NCBI GenBank assembly: GCA_045588325.1
Contig: JAZNEA010000057.1
Location: 1,089-65,088 of the forward strand
DNA: 64,000 nucleotides
Direction: 5' to 3'
Source of the DNA: Clostridia bacterium
Lineage (GTDB): Bacteria; Bacillota; Clostridia; RGIG7378
Position 1 is the stretch's first letter. Every line of letters starts with the position of its first letter. Below the pieces are notes generated by a model. That model searched no databases, was not told the origin of the DNA, and saw only the letters and a list, made by a program, of their open reading frames with translations. The position numbers and the translations under genes are program-made. Shown one piece after another: positions 1 to 8,849 of the stretch.

Positions 1-20
1 GGGAGTTTGTAGCGGCTTGG

Positions 21-617
21 ATGACGATGCTATTGGTGGGCATTGTGGTTTTTGTGATACTTCTTGTAGCTGGATTGAGATTTGAGGCGGCATATATGGG
101 GATGTTGCCAATCGTGTCGCCTGTATTTGTGCTTAAGGCCAGTAGAGCAAAAGCACTGTCTGCCAGGAGACAGATATCCATGGACATGCCTCAGATTATA
201 GGACTACTAACGATATTGCTGAACACAGGCCTTTCTCTGTCGTCGGCTATCGGGGGCATCGTTCGCGCGCAGGGGGACAAGAGGATTTTGAACAGATATC
301 TTGCAGAAACATTGAATGCTGTGGATAGAGGGGTACCTTTGGCAACTGCATGGACGGGGTTTGCCAACAAGTGCTCCACATCTGAGGCCTCTGCATTGGC
401 GACCCTGATAATCAGGGAGAACACCTTAGGAGCACAGGGAATCGTAGATAGTCTCCGTTCGATTAGCCAGTCGTCTGAGCAGACGAGGCGACGACAGGTG
501 TTAAAGGCAGGAGAAGTGGCCAGGACCAGACTGCTTATACCACAGACCATGATATTTGCATGCATTCTGTTGCTGATAGGATATCCGGCATTTGTAGCCC
601 TAGGGGGAGTTGTATGA
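21..617 (+). CDS. Type II secretion system F-domain membrane protein, TadC/TadB-like Flp-pilus assembly component. It may be 5'-partial, because there is no in-frame stop upstream of position 21.
   Basis: The ORF has two hydrophobic TM ends flanking a GspF/T2SSF-like cytoplasmic domain. It is followed by an FHA-domain gene, as in Tad loci. Confidence 0.5.
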   Translation: MTMLLVGIVVFVILLVAGLRFEAAYMGMLPIVSPVFVLKASRAKALSARRQISMDMPQIIGLLTILLNTGLSLSSAIGGIVRAQGDKRILNRYLAETLNAVDRGVPLATAWTGFANKCSTSEASALATLIIRENTLGAQGIVDSLRSISQSSEQTRRRQVLKAGEVARTRLLIPQTMIFACILLLIGYPAFVALGGVV

Positions 618-1585
618 ACACATACTCAATAGAGATAAAGGAAAATGCTAATATTTTGACATATCAGCTAAAGGTTGCTGAAAACTGCATGCCTGAGGGG
701 GTTATTGTTCCCAGGATTTCCGTAGAGCAGGGGAGGAGAAGGTTTGTATATGATGTGCAGGGATATAGTCCAGTATTTGCGACAAGGGTATCCAAAGAGG
801 ACGTGATCCTGGCGGAGCAGCAATACGCCCGTGTGTGCGAAGGCCTGAAGAACACTTTGTTGGAGCCAGGTAGGCTCCTATATTCCGACAGGGCTGTTTA
901 TAGGGACAGCAGTGGCAGGTTTTTCTTTTTATACTATCCAGCGGAGCCTGTGGATGATGAACTAAATGGAGCCGTCCTGGAGCAATCGGGAGAAGAATTC
1001 GTACGGGAAGCCAGTATTAACAAGGGGATAAAAGAAATAGGTGCGCATGTGGGATTTGCCATAGCATGTTATTGCCTGTTTGTACTGATCCAAGGCATAG
1101 TGTCGGGAGCGGCTATAATAGTTTTCGCCTTATACGGTGGACTATGTCTGCTCTATCATGTGTGGCCTCGATTAAAAAATATGAAAACGGCAGAAGTGAA
1201 TGAGGAATTGTCAGAGGAGGCCATTGCTCCTGAGCCGATCTGTTTTAACAGAGAGATAGAACATGATGAGGAGACAAGTCTGATGGAGGTAAGGGCCAAG
1301 CTGATCAGCGCATTTGACGAAACGGTTCAATATGACATTGGAAATCAAAATTTCATTATTGGGAGAAATATCAATTTGGTGCATTTATACATACCGGACA
1401 ATAAGATAAATCCCATACATGCGGAGATAGGTAACGAAGGAGAGGATTTTTATATTACTGACAGATGTAGCAGGAACGGAACTTATATAAATGGCACAAA
1501 AATCGAACCAGAAGTGAGGATTCCACTATATGGTGAGGAGGAAATAAGAGTAGGCCAGGAGGTGTTCTTCTTCAAAATTGCGTGA
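614..1585 (+). CDS. FHA-domain membrane protein, with a C-terminal forkhead-associated domain
   Basis: The C-terminus reads ...FIIGRNINLVHLYIPDNKINPIHAEIGNEGEDFYITDRCSRNGTYINGTKI..., which is an FHA fold. There is a central TM segment (AIACYCLFVLIQGIVSGAAIIVFALYGGLCLLY). A GGGGAG RBS precedes the ATG at about 614, and the gene overlaps the TadC-like gene. Confidence 0.6.
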   Translation: MNTYSIEIKENANILTYQLKVAENCMPEGVIVPRISVEQGRRRFVYDVQGYSPVFATRVSKEDVILAEQQYARVCEGLKNTLLEPGRLLYSDRAVYRDSSGRFFFLYYPAEPVDDELNGAVLEQSGEEFVREASINKGIKEIGAHVGFAIACYCLFVLIQGIVSGAAIIVFALYGGLCLLYHVWPRLKNMKTAEVNEELSEEAIAPEPICFNREIEHDEETSLMEVRAKLISAFDETVQYDIGNQNFIIGRNINLVHLYIPDNKINPIHAEIGNEGEDFYITDRCSRNGTYINGTKIEPEVRIPLYGEEEIRVGQEVFFFKIA

Positions 1586-1875
1586 TTGATTAGGTATAAT
1601 GTACACAAAGAGAATACTGGTTTTGTGAAAATTACATAACAAAAAGGTGCCAACCCGAAAAAAGTATGTGAATTAGTGAATATAGCCAAAGAGGGGTAGG
1701 GAGTCTATAATCTTTATTGTAAGTTAATTAACTTACATTTTGTTCCTCCTTTAGAAATAAAGCTGATCTGATATAATGTTACTTTGACGAAGCGCCGATT
1801 GAGCAGCTTCTTTTTTTTGCAAAAAAACAAGAAAATAAATACAGCAATATGTAAGTGTTGTAGTGGTGTGAATTG

Positions 1876-1904
1876 TTGCCAATGGTGGTGAAGTAATATA
1901 TAAT
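1876..1904 (+). promoter_or_regulatory. Sigma-A promoter for the SRP RNA: TTGCCA, a 17-nt spacer, then TATAAT
   Basis: The -35 and -10 hexamers are near-consensus with 17-nt spacing. The predicted +1 is about 7-9 nt upstream of the SRP RNA 5' helix. Confidence 0.6.
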
Positions 1905-1912
1905 TGCAACAA

Positions 1913-2051
1913 GTGTGCCTGCTTGATGGTATCAGTCGGGTCTTGCGCAATGAAAGCCTGTGAACCTTGTCAGGTCCGGAAGGAAGCAGCAATAAGCGGA
2001 TCCTTTCATGTGCCGTAAGTTAGCCTTGCTGATACCATCAAACGGGCACAC
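1913..2051 (+). ncRNA. ffs: Signal recognition particle RNA (4.5S/scRNA-type, ffs)
   Basis: It contains the invariant domain-IV motif CAGGUCCGGAAGGAAGCAGC. A long terminal helix pairs 5' GUGUGCCUGCUUGAUGGUAUCAG with 3' CUGAUACCAUCAAACGGGCACAC. It lies directly upstream of dnaX, as in B. subtilis scr-dnaX-yaaK-recR. Confidence 0.8.
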
Positions 2052-2073
2052 ACTTATTAAAAGGGAGGTAAGT

Positions 2074-3726
2074 ATGGCTTACACCGCAATGTACCGTAAG
2101 TATAGGCCTTTGGTCTTTTCTGACGTAGTTGGACAGGACCATATTGTCAAGGCTTTATCCAATAGCATTGCTACAGGACGACTTTCCCATGCTTATCTTT
2201 TCTGTGGCACCAGAGGTACAGGTAAGACCACTATGGCCAAGATATTCGCCAGAGCTATTAACTGTACAGATCCCCACGAGGGCAATCCATGCAACGTCTG
2301 CGACACATGCCGAGGCATATTGGACGAGAGCATCGTAGATGTTATGGAGATCGACGCTGCATCCAATAACGGCGTAGACAGCATCAGGGACATCAGAGAT
2401 GATGTGGCCTATACTCCGACTGTAGCCAAGTACAAGGTATATATCATAGACGAGGTGCACATGTTGTCAGGCCCAGCCTTTAATGCCTTGCTCAAGACAT
2501 TGGAGGAGCCGCCGGAGCACGCAGTATTCCTGTTGGCGACCACAGACCCTCAGCGCTTGCCGGACACGATACTATCACGAGTGCAGAGATTCAATCTGAG
2601 GCGCATTTCAGATCAGGACATTGCAGATAGGCTGCTCTATATTGCTGGTGACATGGGACTTTCCCTCAGTAGAGAGACTGCTCTGTATATTGCAAGACTG
2701 GCAGACGGTGCGTTGAGAGATGCCATCAGTATACTTGACAGATGTTATTCCGCAGGAGCGGATATTACCATGGATTTGGTAGCAGAGACTACGGGAACCC
2801 TCAGTCGCAGCTTTATTTACGACGCATGCACACATCTGCTGACGAGAGATCCATCAGGAGTGCTGGACAGCGTATCTAAGGTGGTAGCCCAGGGGCGCAG
2901 GCTGTCAGACTTTGCAGACAGTCTCATGGAGTCGCTTAAGGACTTGTTGGTATATTCCCTCTCTGGCAATAAGGATACCTATGATGTTAACGAGGGTCGC
3001 ACAGCATTTCTCCAGCAGGCCAGCCAGCTGACGACGCCCGAGATCCTTGTAAAAATGATTTCTGGCATCAACGAGGCCTCTGGCAATATGCGCTATAGCA
3101 GTGCTCCGGAAATTACGCTATCAGCAGCACTGGTCAGCCTGATGGCAGAGGAATCTACCGACGCACCCACAATCAACACATCTGGCTTTGCCAGATCATC
3201 CGAGAGCGATCGTCGTATTGCGGCATTGGAGCGCAGAGTAACAGAGCTCACATCCAAGTTGGATGAGGCGTTAGCCAAAGGCGTGTCGACAACTCATGCC
3301 ATGGTCGCGGAGCCCAAAGTTCAACCCCAGGCACCACAGGAGGATGTGGCAGCACAGATAAGCCGTAGCGGGACTCTGGACAAGTACCCTGTGTATAAGG
3401 ACAGATCAGAACTCATCACCAGAGTTAAGGATACCAGGAGCATGTTCCTGGCGGTGTATATTAAGGATAGACCCATGCTGGCTCCATCGGAGCAGCTGAT
3501 AGCCATTGTTTTTGACAAGGACAAGGAGGACATTCGCAGGTCTGTTGCCACAGCGGAGAACCTCAAGTTGTTGTCAGACTTGGCTACGGATATAGCGGGA
3601 CATACAATGAGAGTTGTTATGATCAGCAAGGAAAATGCCGACAGACAGTTGGCAGATGCAGAAAAGGAATTACAGGGAGCTCGTGATTTGGCAGAGAGTC
3701 TGGGCACGTCCCTGACTATAGAGTAA
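2074..3726 (+). CDS. dnaX: DNA polymerase III subunit gamma/tau
   Basis: An AAGGGAGG RBS precedes the ATG. The sequence carries the AAA+ Walker A CGTRGTGKTT, the zinc module CNVCDTC, and a typical tau C-terminal region. The ORF-track start at 2008 overlaps the SRP RNA and is rejected. Confidence 0.95.
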   Translation: MAYTAMYRKYRPLVFSDVVGQDHIVKALSNSIATGRLSHAYLFCGTRGTGKTTMAKIFARAINCTDPHEGNPCNVCDTCRGILDESIVDVMEIDAASNNGVDSIRDIRDDVAYTPTVAKYKVYIIDEVHMLSGPAFNALLKTLEEPPEHAVFLLATTDPQRLPDTILSRVQRFNLRRISDQDIADRLLYIAGDMGLSLSRETALYIARLADGALRDAISILDRCYSAGADITMDLVAETTGTLSRSFIYDACTHLLTRDPSGVLDSVSKVVAQGRRLSDFADSLMESLKDLLVYSLSGNKDTYDVNEGRTAFLQQASQLTTPEILVKMISGINEASGNMRYSSAPEITLSAALVSLMAEESTDAPTINTSGFARSSESDRRIAALERRVTELTSKLDEALAKGVSTTHAMVAEPKVQPQAPQEDVAAQISRSGTLDKYPVYKDRSELITRVKDTRSMFLAVYIKDRPMLAPSEQLIAIVFDKDKEDIRRSVATAENLKLLSDLATDIAGHTMRVVMISKENADRQLADAEKELQGARDLAESLGTSLTIE

Positions 3727-3737
3727 AGGAGATTATC

Positions 3738-4070
3738 ATGGCAAGAGGATTTGCAGGCGGCTACGGTGGTGGCAATAATATGCAGAATCTAATGAGACAG
3801 GCCCAAAAGATGCAGCAGGAGATGGAGAGAGTTAAGGCATCCATGCACGACTTGCTGGTCGAGGCAGAGAGCGCCGGTGGTGCTGTAAAGGTTGTTGCCA
3901 ATTGCGACAAGCAGATTACAGAGTTGGTAATTGATCCATCCATTGTGGATCCTGAGGATGTAGAGACATTGCAGGACTGCATTATCGTTGCAATCAACGA
4001 GGTAATGGATAAGGCAGAGGCAAAGTACAATGCCGAGATGTCCAAGGTGACAGGCGGTATCGGATTCTGA
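3738..4070 (+). CDS. ybaB: Nucleoid-associated protein YbaB/EbfC
   Basis: It is about 110 aa with the characteristic ...[10 protein letters not shown]...GGAVKV...ELVIDPS... motifs, and it sits between dnaX and recR as conserved. Confidence 0.9.
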   Translation: MARGFAGGYGGGNNMQNLMRQAQKMQQEMERVKASMHDLLVEAESAGGAVKVVANCDKQITELVIDPSIVDPEDVETLQDCIIVAINEVMDKAEAKYNAEMSKVTGGIGF

Positions 4071-4071
4071 T

Positions 4072-4674
4072 ATGAGAGCATTTGCACGCCCTATTAACGA
4101 GCTGATAGAGGAACTGGGCAAATTGCCGGGTGTAGGCCAAAAGTCTGCTCAGAGATTGGCATTTCACATCCTCAATATGCAGGATACCAAGGTGGATGCA
4201 TTGGTCAAGGCCATACAGACAGCCAGAGAGAGGACCAGGCTTTGTTCAGTTTGCTGCAATATTACAGACGAGGACCCATGTCCCATCTGTTCGGCGACAA
4301 ATAGAGATAGGAGCGTCATTTGCGTGGTACAGGACCCTAAGGATGTGGCCGCTATTGAGCGCACCATGGAGTACAAGGGATTGTATCACGTATTGCACGG
4401 TGCAGTCTCGCCCATGACAGGCATAGGCCCGGATGACATAAAGATCCGAGAGTTGTTGGTCAGATTGGGAGACGATCAGGTCAAGGAGGTAATCCTTGCC
4501 ACTAACCCCAACATTGAGGGAGAAACCACCGCATCTTATATAGCCAGACTTATGCGCACAATGAACGATATCAAGGTCACAAGGATTGCCCATGGTATTC
4601 CCGTAGGAGGGGACCTGGAATACGCAGATGAGGTTACCTTGGTTCGTGCCATAGAGGGCAGGAGAGAGATTTAA
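4072..4674 (+). CDS. recR: Recombination protein RecR
   Basis: It has an N-terminal HhH ([17 protein letters not shown]), a C4 zinc finger ([16 protein letters not shown]) and a Toprim domain. Confidence 0.95.
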   Translation: MRAFARPINELIEELGKLPGVGQKSAQRLAFHILNMQDTKVDALVKAIQTARERTRLCSVCCNITDEDPCPICSATNRDRSVICVVQDPKDVAAIERTMEYKGLYHVLHGAVSPMTGIGPDDIKIRELLVRLGDDQVKEVILATNPNIEGETTASYIARLMRTMNDIKVTRIAHGIPVGGDLEYADEVTLVRAIEGRREI

Positions 4675-4698
4675 TTTATTCGCAGGAGTATTTATTTA

Positions 4699-5961
4699 AT
4701 GGAAAAGAAAGTACCATTTAGTTTGTCAAGGGCTAAGGAGATTATTGCCGAATTCCCTACACCTTTCCATATTTATGATGAGGAGGGCATTCGTAGGACA
4801 GCCAGAGCATTGAACGATGCCTTTTCATGGAATCCAGGCTACAGGGAGTATTTCGCCGTAAAGGCATTGCCCAATCCCTTCATCATGAAGATTCTGCAGC
4901 AGGAAGGCTGCGGTGCAGATTGTTCCAGCTACACAGAATTGGAGTTGGCAGACAGCGTAGGATACAAGACAGAGGAGATAATGTTCTCATCCAATGAGAC
5001 ACCAGCCAACGAGTTCGAAAAGGCCCGTGAGCTTGGTGCTATTATCAACCTGGACGATATTACACATATCGACTTTTTAGCCAAGCACGGCGGCATACCG
5101 GAGAAGATCTGTTGCAGATACAATCCAGGTGGAGATTTCTTTATCGGCAATACCATCATGGGTAACCCCGGAGACGCCAAGTATGGTATGACTAAGCGTC
5201 AGTTGTTCGAGGCATTTGCAAAACTCAAGACCATGGGAGTAAAGGAGTTTGGTCTCCACGCATTCCTGGCCAGCAACATGACAGAGCAGGGATATTATCC
5301 CTCCCTCGCCAGGACTGTATTTGAGATAGCTGCAGAGTTACATAAGACCCTGGACGTTAAGATTTCTTTCATCAATTTGTCCGGCGGTATTGGCATTCCA
5401 TATACAACAGACGGAGAGCCTGTAGATATCAAACTGGTCGGAGAGGGCGTCCGCAAAGTCTACGAAGATACCATCCTGGCATCAGGTATGGATCACGTGG
5501 CCATTTATACAGAGCTTGGCAGATACATGACAGGCCCCTATGGTTATCTCGTAACAACAGTTGTCCACGAGAAGCATATATATAAGGATTATGTGGGCGT
5601 AGATGCATGCGCATGTAACCTCATGAGACCTGCAATGTATGGCGCATATCATCACCTGACAGTTTTGGGCAAGGAGAATAAGCCCTGTGACCACAAGTAC
5701 GATGTTGTAGGATCTCTCTGCGAGAACAACGACAAGTTTGCAGTTGACAGGATGATGCCCTTTACAGAGCCTGGAGATATTATCGTCATTCACGATACAG
5801 GAGCTCATGGATTCTCCATGGGATACCAGTATAATGGCAAGCTCCGTTCAGCAGAGCTCTTGCTGCGCCCGGATGGCTCAGTAAAGCTGATCCGCAGAGC
5901 AGAGACACCACAGGATTATTTCCAGACATTGGATTTTGCAAAGGGGAATTACGACGTATGA
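4699..5961 (+). CDS. PLP-dependent fold-III (Orn/DAP/Arg) decarboxylase, most likely diaminopimelate decarboxylase
   Basis: AVKALPN is the PLP-lysine motif, and the C-terminal GAHGFSMGYQYNGKLRSAELLL matches the LysA-family GAYxxSMxSNYNxRxRxAEVLV pattern. Carboxynorspermidine decarboxylase cannot be excluded without a search. Confidence 0.6.
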   Translation: MEKKVPFSLSRAKEIIAEFPTPFHIYDEEGIRRTARALNDAFSWNPGYREYFAVKALPNPFIMKILQQEGCGADCSSYTELELADSVGYKTEEIMFSSNETPANEFEKARELGAIINLDDITHIDFLAKHGGIPEKICCRYNPGGDFFIGNTIMGNPGDAKYGMTKRQLFEAFAKLKTMGVKEFGLHAFLASNMTEQGYYPSLARTVFEIAAELHKTLDVKISFINLSGGIGIPYTTDGEPVDIKLVGEGVRKVYEDTILASGMDHVAIYTELGRYMTGPYGYLVTTVVHEKHIYKDYVGVDACACNLMRPAMYGAYHHLTVLGKENKPCDHKYDVVGSLCENNDKFAVDRMMPFTEPGDIIVIHDTGAHGFSMGYQYNGKLRSAELLLRPDGSVKLIRRAETPQDYFQTLDFAKGNYDV

Positions 5962-6797
5962 TGCTTTTAGACGGTAAAAAATTAGCACAGGAGATAAAGA
6001 ATGATCTTAAACTCCGTGTTGCAGACATGGCAAACAAGGGAGTGGAGACCAGCTTGGCTGTTGTCCTCGTGGGAGATAATCCTGCATCTCACACATACGT
6101 TAATATGAAAGAAAAGGATTGCCATGAGCTTGGCATCAGATCCCTTAGATACGATTTGCCAGAGGACACAGATGAGGCTTCTCTGTTGGGACTTATCGAT
6201 CAGCTTAATGCAGATGATAGCGTTCACGGCATATTGGTTCAGTTGCCTTTGCCCAGACACCTGGACGAGCAAAAGGTTATCAGGGCTATTGATCCTGCCA
6301 AGGACGTGGACTGCTTTACTCCGGTTAACGTAGGCCTGTTGGCCACAGGAAAGCCTGTGTTTGCACCATGCACACCAGCTGGAATTGTGAGACTCATTAA
6401 GGCCAATGGCTTGGACATCGCAGGCAAGGACGTGGTTATCGTCAACAGGAGCAATATCGTAGGCAAGCCCCTCATGCACCTGATGCTCATGGAGAATGCA
6501 ACGGTTACAATTGCACATTCGCGCACAGCGAACCTCAAAGAGGTCTGCAGGAGGGCCGACATTTTGGTTGCTGCTGTTGGACGCAGAGAGATGTTCGATG
6601 AGTCCTATGTCAAGCCAGGAGCGGTTGTTATAGACGTTGGAGTAAATCGCAAGGAGGATGGCAAGCTGGCTGGCGACGTATGTTTTGAAAAGGTTGCCCC
6701 TATTGCTTCCGCCATAACACCTTGTGTAGGAGGCGTTGGTCCTATGACCAGAGCCATCCTCATGGAGAATACAGTGAGGGCCGCAGAGAATAAATAA
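5958..6797 (+). CDS. folD: Bifunctional methylene-THF dehydrogenase/methenyl-THF cyclohydrolase
   Basis: There is full-length similarity to FolD (...ASHTYVNMKEKDCHELGI...GILVQLPLP...GKDVVIVNRSNIVGKP...). It overlaps the upstream gene in an ATGA arrangement. Confidence 0.95.
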   Translation: MMLLDGKKLAQEIKNDLKLRVADMANKGVETSLAVVLVGDNPASHTYVNMKEKDCHELGIRSLRYDLPEDTDEASLLGLIDQLNADDSVHGILVQLPLPRHLDEQKVIRAIDPAKDVDCFTPVNVGLLATGKPVFAPCTPAGIVRLIKANGLDIAGKDVVIVNRSNIVGKPLMHLMLMENATVTIAHSRTANLKEVCRRADILVAAVGRREMFDESYVKPGAVVIDVGVNRKEDGKLAGDVCFEKVAPIASAITPCVGGVGPMTRAILMENTVRAAENK

Positions 6798-6805
6798 TGA
6801 CGCCA

Positions 6806-8491
6806 ATGGATTGTGACCCAGCAAAATTGTTCGGTATGATGCCGGACAAAGAGCAGATGTCAGCCATTACGGCTCCACAGGGAGTTAACATAGTGCTGGC
6901 AGGGCCCGGGTCTGGAAAGTCCACTGTCATAATTTGTCGAGTTTTGTACCTCGCAAAGGTGAAAAAAGTTAATACACGGGATATTACCATATTGGTATTT
7001 AATCGTGACGCAAAGGAAAGCCTGTCAAGACGGATGAAGTCCGCCTGCGACAGGCTTAATTTATTCATGCCAGAAATATGCACAATACATAGCAAGTGTT
7101 ACCACCTTGTGCGGGAGCAGATGGCCATGTCCCCAGACATAGTGGAGAGGAGTCCGGAATGGTATATGAAGGTGTTGGGAAAGTATGTCGAGGGCAAGGA
7201 CCTTAAGCGGGGCGACTATGTCAGGCTACATGAGACCCTGAGCAGAATCAGGGAAAATGGCCTGGATCCATCCACAATCCAGGCCCCAGGTTTCGGGGAC
7301 CTGACAGGGCTGATGGATGCTTTGGGTGCTGTGAGTCAAAAAGATGGAGCAATGAGCTTTGAAGAGATGAGCAGCGCTGCCCTGAACATACTTGAGAGGT
7401 CGCCTTCTGCCCGGATAGGACACCTTTTGGTGGACGAGGCTCAGGATATAACAGAGATGCAGTTCAGGATAATCCGCGCCATGGCAGGCGAGGATCTGTT
7501 TATGGTGGGAGACGGAGACCAGTGCATATACGGCTTTCGTCACGCCAGCAGCAGGTACATTGAGAGCCCGGACAAATATTTCTCCAGATTCACAAAATAC
7601 TACATAGGAACTAACTACAGGAGTACCTGCCAGATTGTTAGTTTGTCCACGGCCTTCATTAACAGGCTGTCGCCAGGGGTAGACAGACCGCATCTCAGAG
7701 CCAAGGCAGACAGAAAAGGGCCGGTTCCAGTTGTCAGAAAGGTCTCCAGACAGCGAGATCAATTCAGGTTTGTGCGAGACATCGCTGGGGAGTGCGCCGG
7801 GATGGGCAAAAGTTGTTGTGTCATCTATCGAAACAATAGCACAGGTGTGGCCCTGGCCAATTATCTGCTAAGCAACCGCATCAGGCCTGCCCATATAGGT
7901 GGAGACTGTGATTTCTTCAGGTCCCCTGCAGTCTCCCAGATACTGTCGCAGGTCAGGAGGCAGGTTGTAGGACGGGGAAAGGGAGAAACGCCTCATCCAG
8001 AGCAATTGGTGCGACATGTCGCCATTACATCGGGGATCATACCGGAGACAACTAAGTGGGCAGTACAGGAGCGAATGCCCAAAACAAATTACGTCCATGA
8101 CTATACTTTGCTGTTGGAAATTGCGGAGTCCTGTGCTACAGGAGAGGAATTTTTGGAGCGAACGGAGCAAATCACAAAACTACTGAGTGACAAGACGCCA
8201 CAGGATAATACGCTGTGCATAGCTACCGCTCATTCCGTCAAGGGCCTGGAGTTTCATACGGTTGTCTTGGTAGATATGGTGGAGGGAGTGTTCCCGGGAG
8301 AACAGCCGGGTTGCGACAAAAGGGATAACAGGGAAGAGGAGGCCAGGCTTATGTACGTGGCCATGACCCGGGCAACTGACAGACTTGTGATTATGTGGCC
8401 TGAGAGAATTCGAGGAAGAGTTTGTAAAGAATCCCAATTTGTGCACATACTAAACGAGATGCAACGTAAAAAGGAAAAAGGCGGACAATAA
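6806..8491 (+). CDS. UvrD/REP-family ATP-dependent DNA helicase (short form)
   Basis: It carries Walker A AGPGSGKST, a DEAQD box, GDGDQCIYGFR, YRSTCQIV, and C-terminal motifs ATAHSVKGLEFHTVVL and YVAMTRA. The start could be the ATG at about 6806 or 6836, whereas the track start at 6797 is a non-ATG. Confidence 0.8.
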   Translation: MDCDPAKLFGMMPDKEQMSAITAPQGVNIVLAGPGSGKSTVIICRVLYLAKVKKVNTRDITILVFNRDAKESLSRRMKSACDRLNLFMPEICTIHSKCYHLVREQMAMSPDIVERSPEWYMKVLGKYVEGKDLKRGDYVRLHETLSRIRENGLDPSTIQAPGFGDLTGLMDALGAVSQKDGAMSFEEMSSAALNILERSPSARIGHLLVDEAQDITEMQFRIIRAMAGEDLFMVGDGDQCIYGFRHASSRYIESPDKYFSRFTKYYIGTNYRSTCQIVSLSTAFINRLSPGVDRPHLRAKADRKGPVPVVRKVSRQRDQFRFVRDIAGECAGMGKSCCVIYRNNSTGVALANYLLSNRIRPAHIGGDCDFFRSPAVSQILSQVRRQVVGRGKGETPHPEQLVRHVAITSGIIPETTKWAVQERMPKTNYVHDYTLLLEIAESCATGEEFLERTEQITKLLSDKTPQDNTLCIATAHSVKGLEFHTVVLVDMVEGVFPGEQPGCDKRDNREEEARLMYVAMTRATDRLVIMWPERIRGRVCKESQFVHILNEMQRKKEKGGQ

Positions 8492-8527
8492 CTGCCCGCC
8501 CTCTCTACCATATTACTAATCAGTAAA

Positions 8528-8725
8528 TTACTTATTAGACATCTGGTCTTCAGCCATCTGAACCAACTTCTTAGTCATGGAACCGCCGATACGGCCAGCG
8601 TCCTTGGATGAAATGTTTCCGTTGTAGCCCTTGTTCAGTGTAACACCGATCTGATTTGCTACCTCATACTTCATCTGGTCAAGAGCCTGCTTTGCTGCAG
8701 GAACTTCGATTGATTTGTTAGACAT
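8528..8725 (-). CDS. Alpha/beta-type small acid-soluble spore protein
   Basis: It is 65 aa with the canonical SASP motifs (...KYEVANQIGV...GGSMTKKLVQMAE...). Confidence 0.9.
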   Translation of the reverse strand: MSNKSIEVPAAKQALDQMKYEVANQIGVTLNKGYNGNISSKDAGRIGGSMTKKLVQMAEDQMSNK

Positions 8726-8849
8726 GTTTTATCACCTCCGTAACCCTATCTTTCCCAATTTTTGAAATTTAATCACTGTTGAAAAATGTTATTGAATGTG
8801 ACTTTCTAAAGGTGATATAATTACAGGGACTATAGACAAGGAGTAGAAC

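Noticed and set aside
2008-2073. Extended N-terminus of dnaX (track start MCRKLALLIPSNGHTLIKREVS)
   Set aside because: This stretch overlaps the 3' helix of the SRP RNA and precedes the strong RBS. The true start is the ATG at 2074.
5982-6824. 280-aa minus-strand ORF
   Set aside because: It is antisense to folD, which is strongly supported, and has no recognisable motifs.
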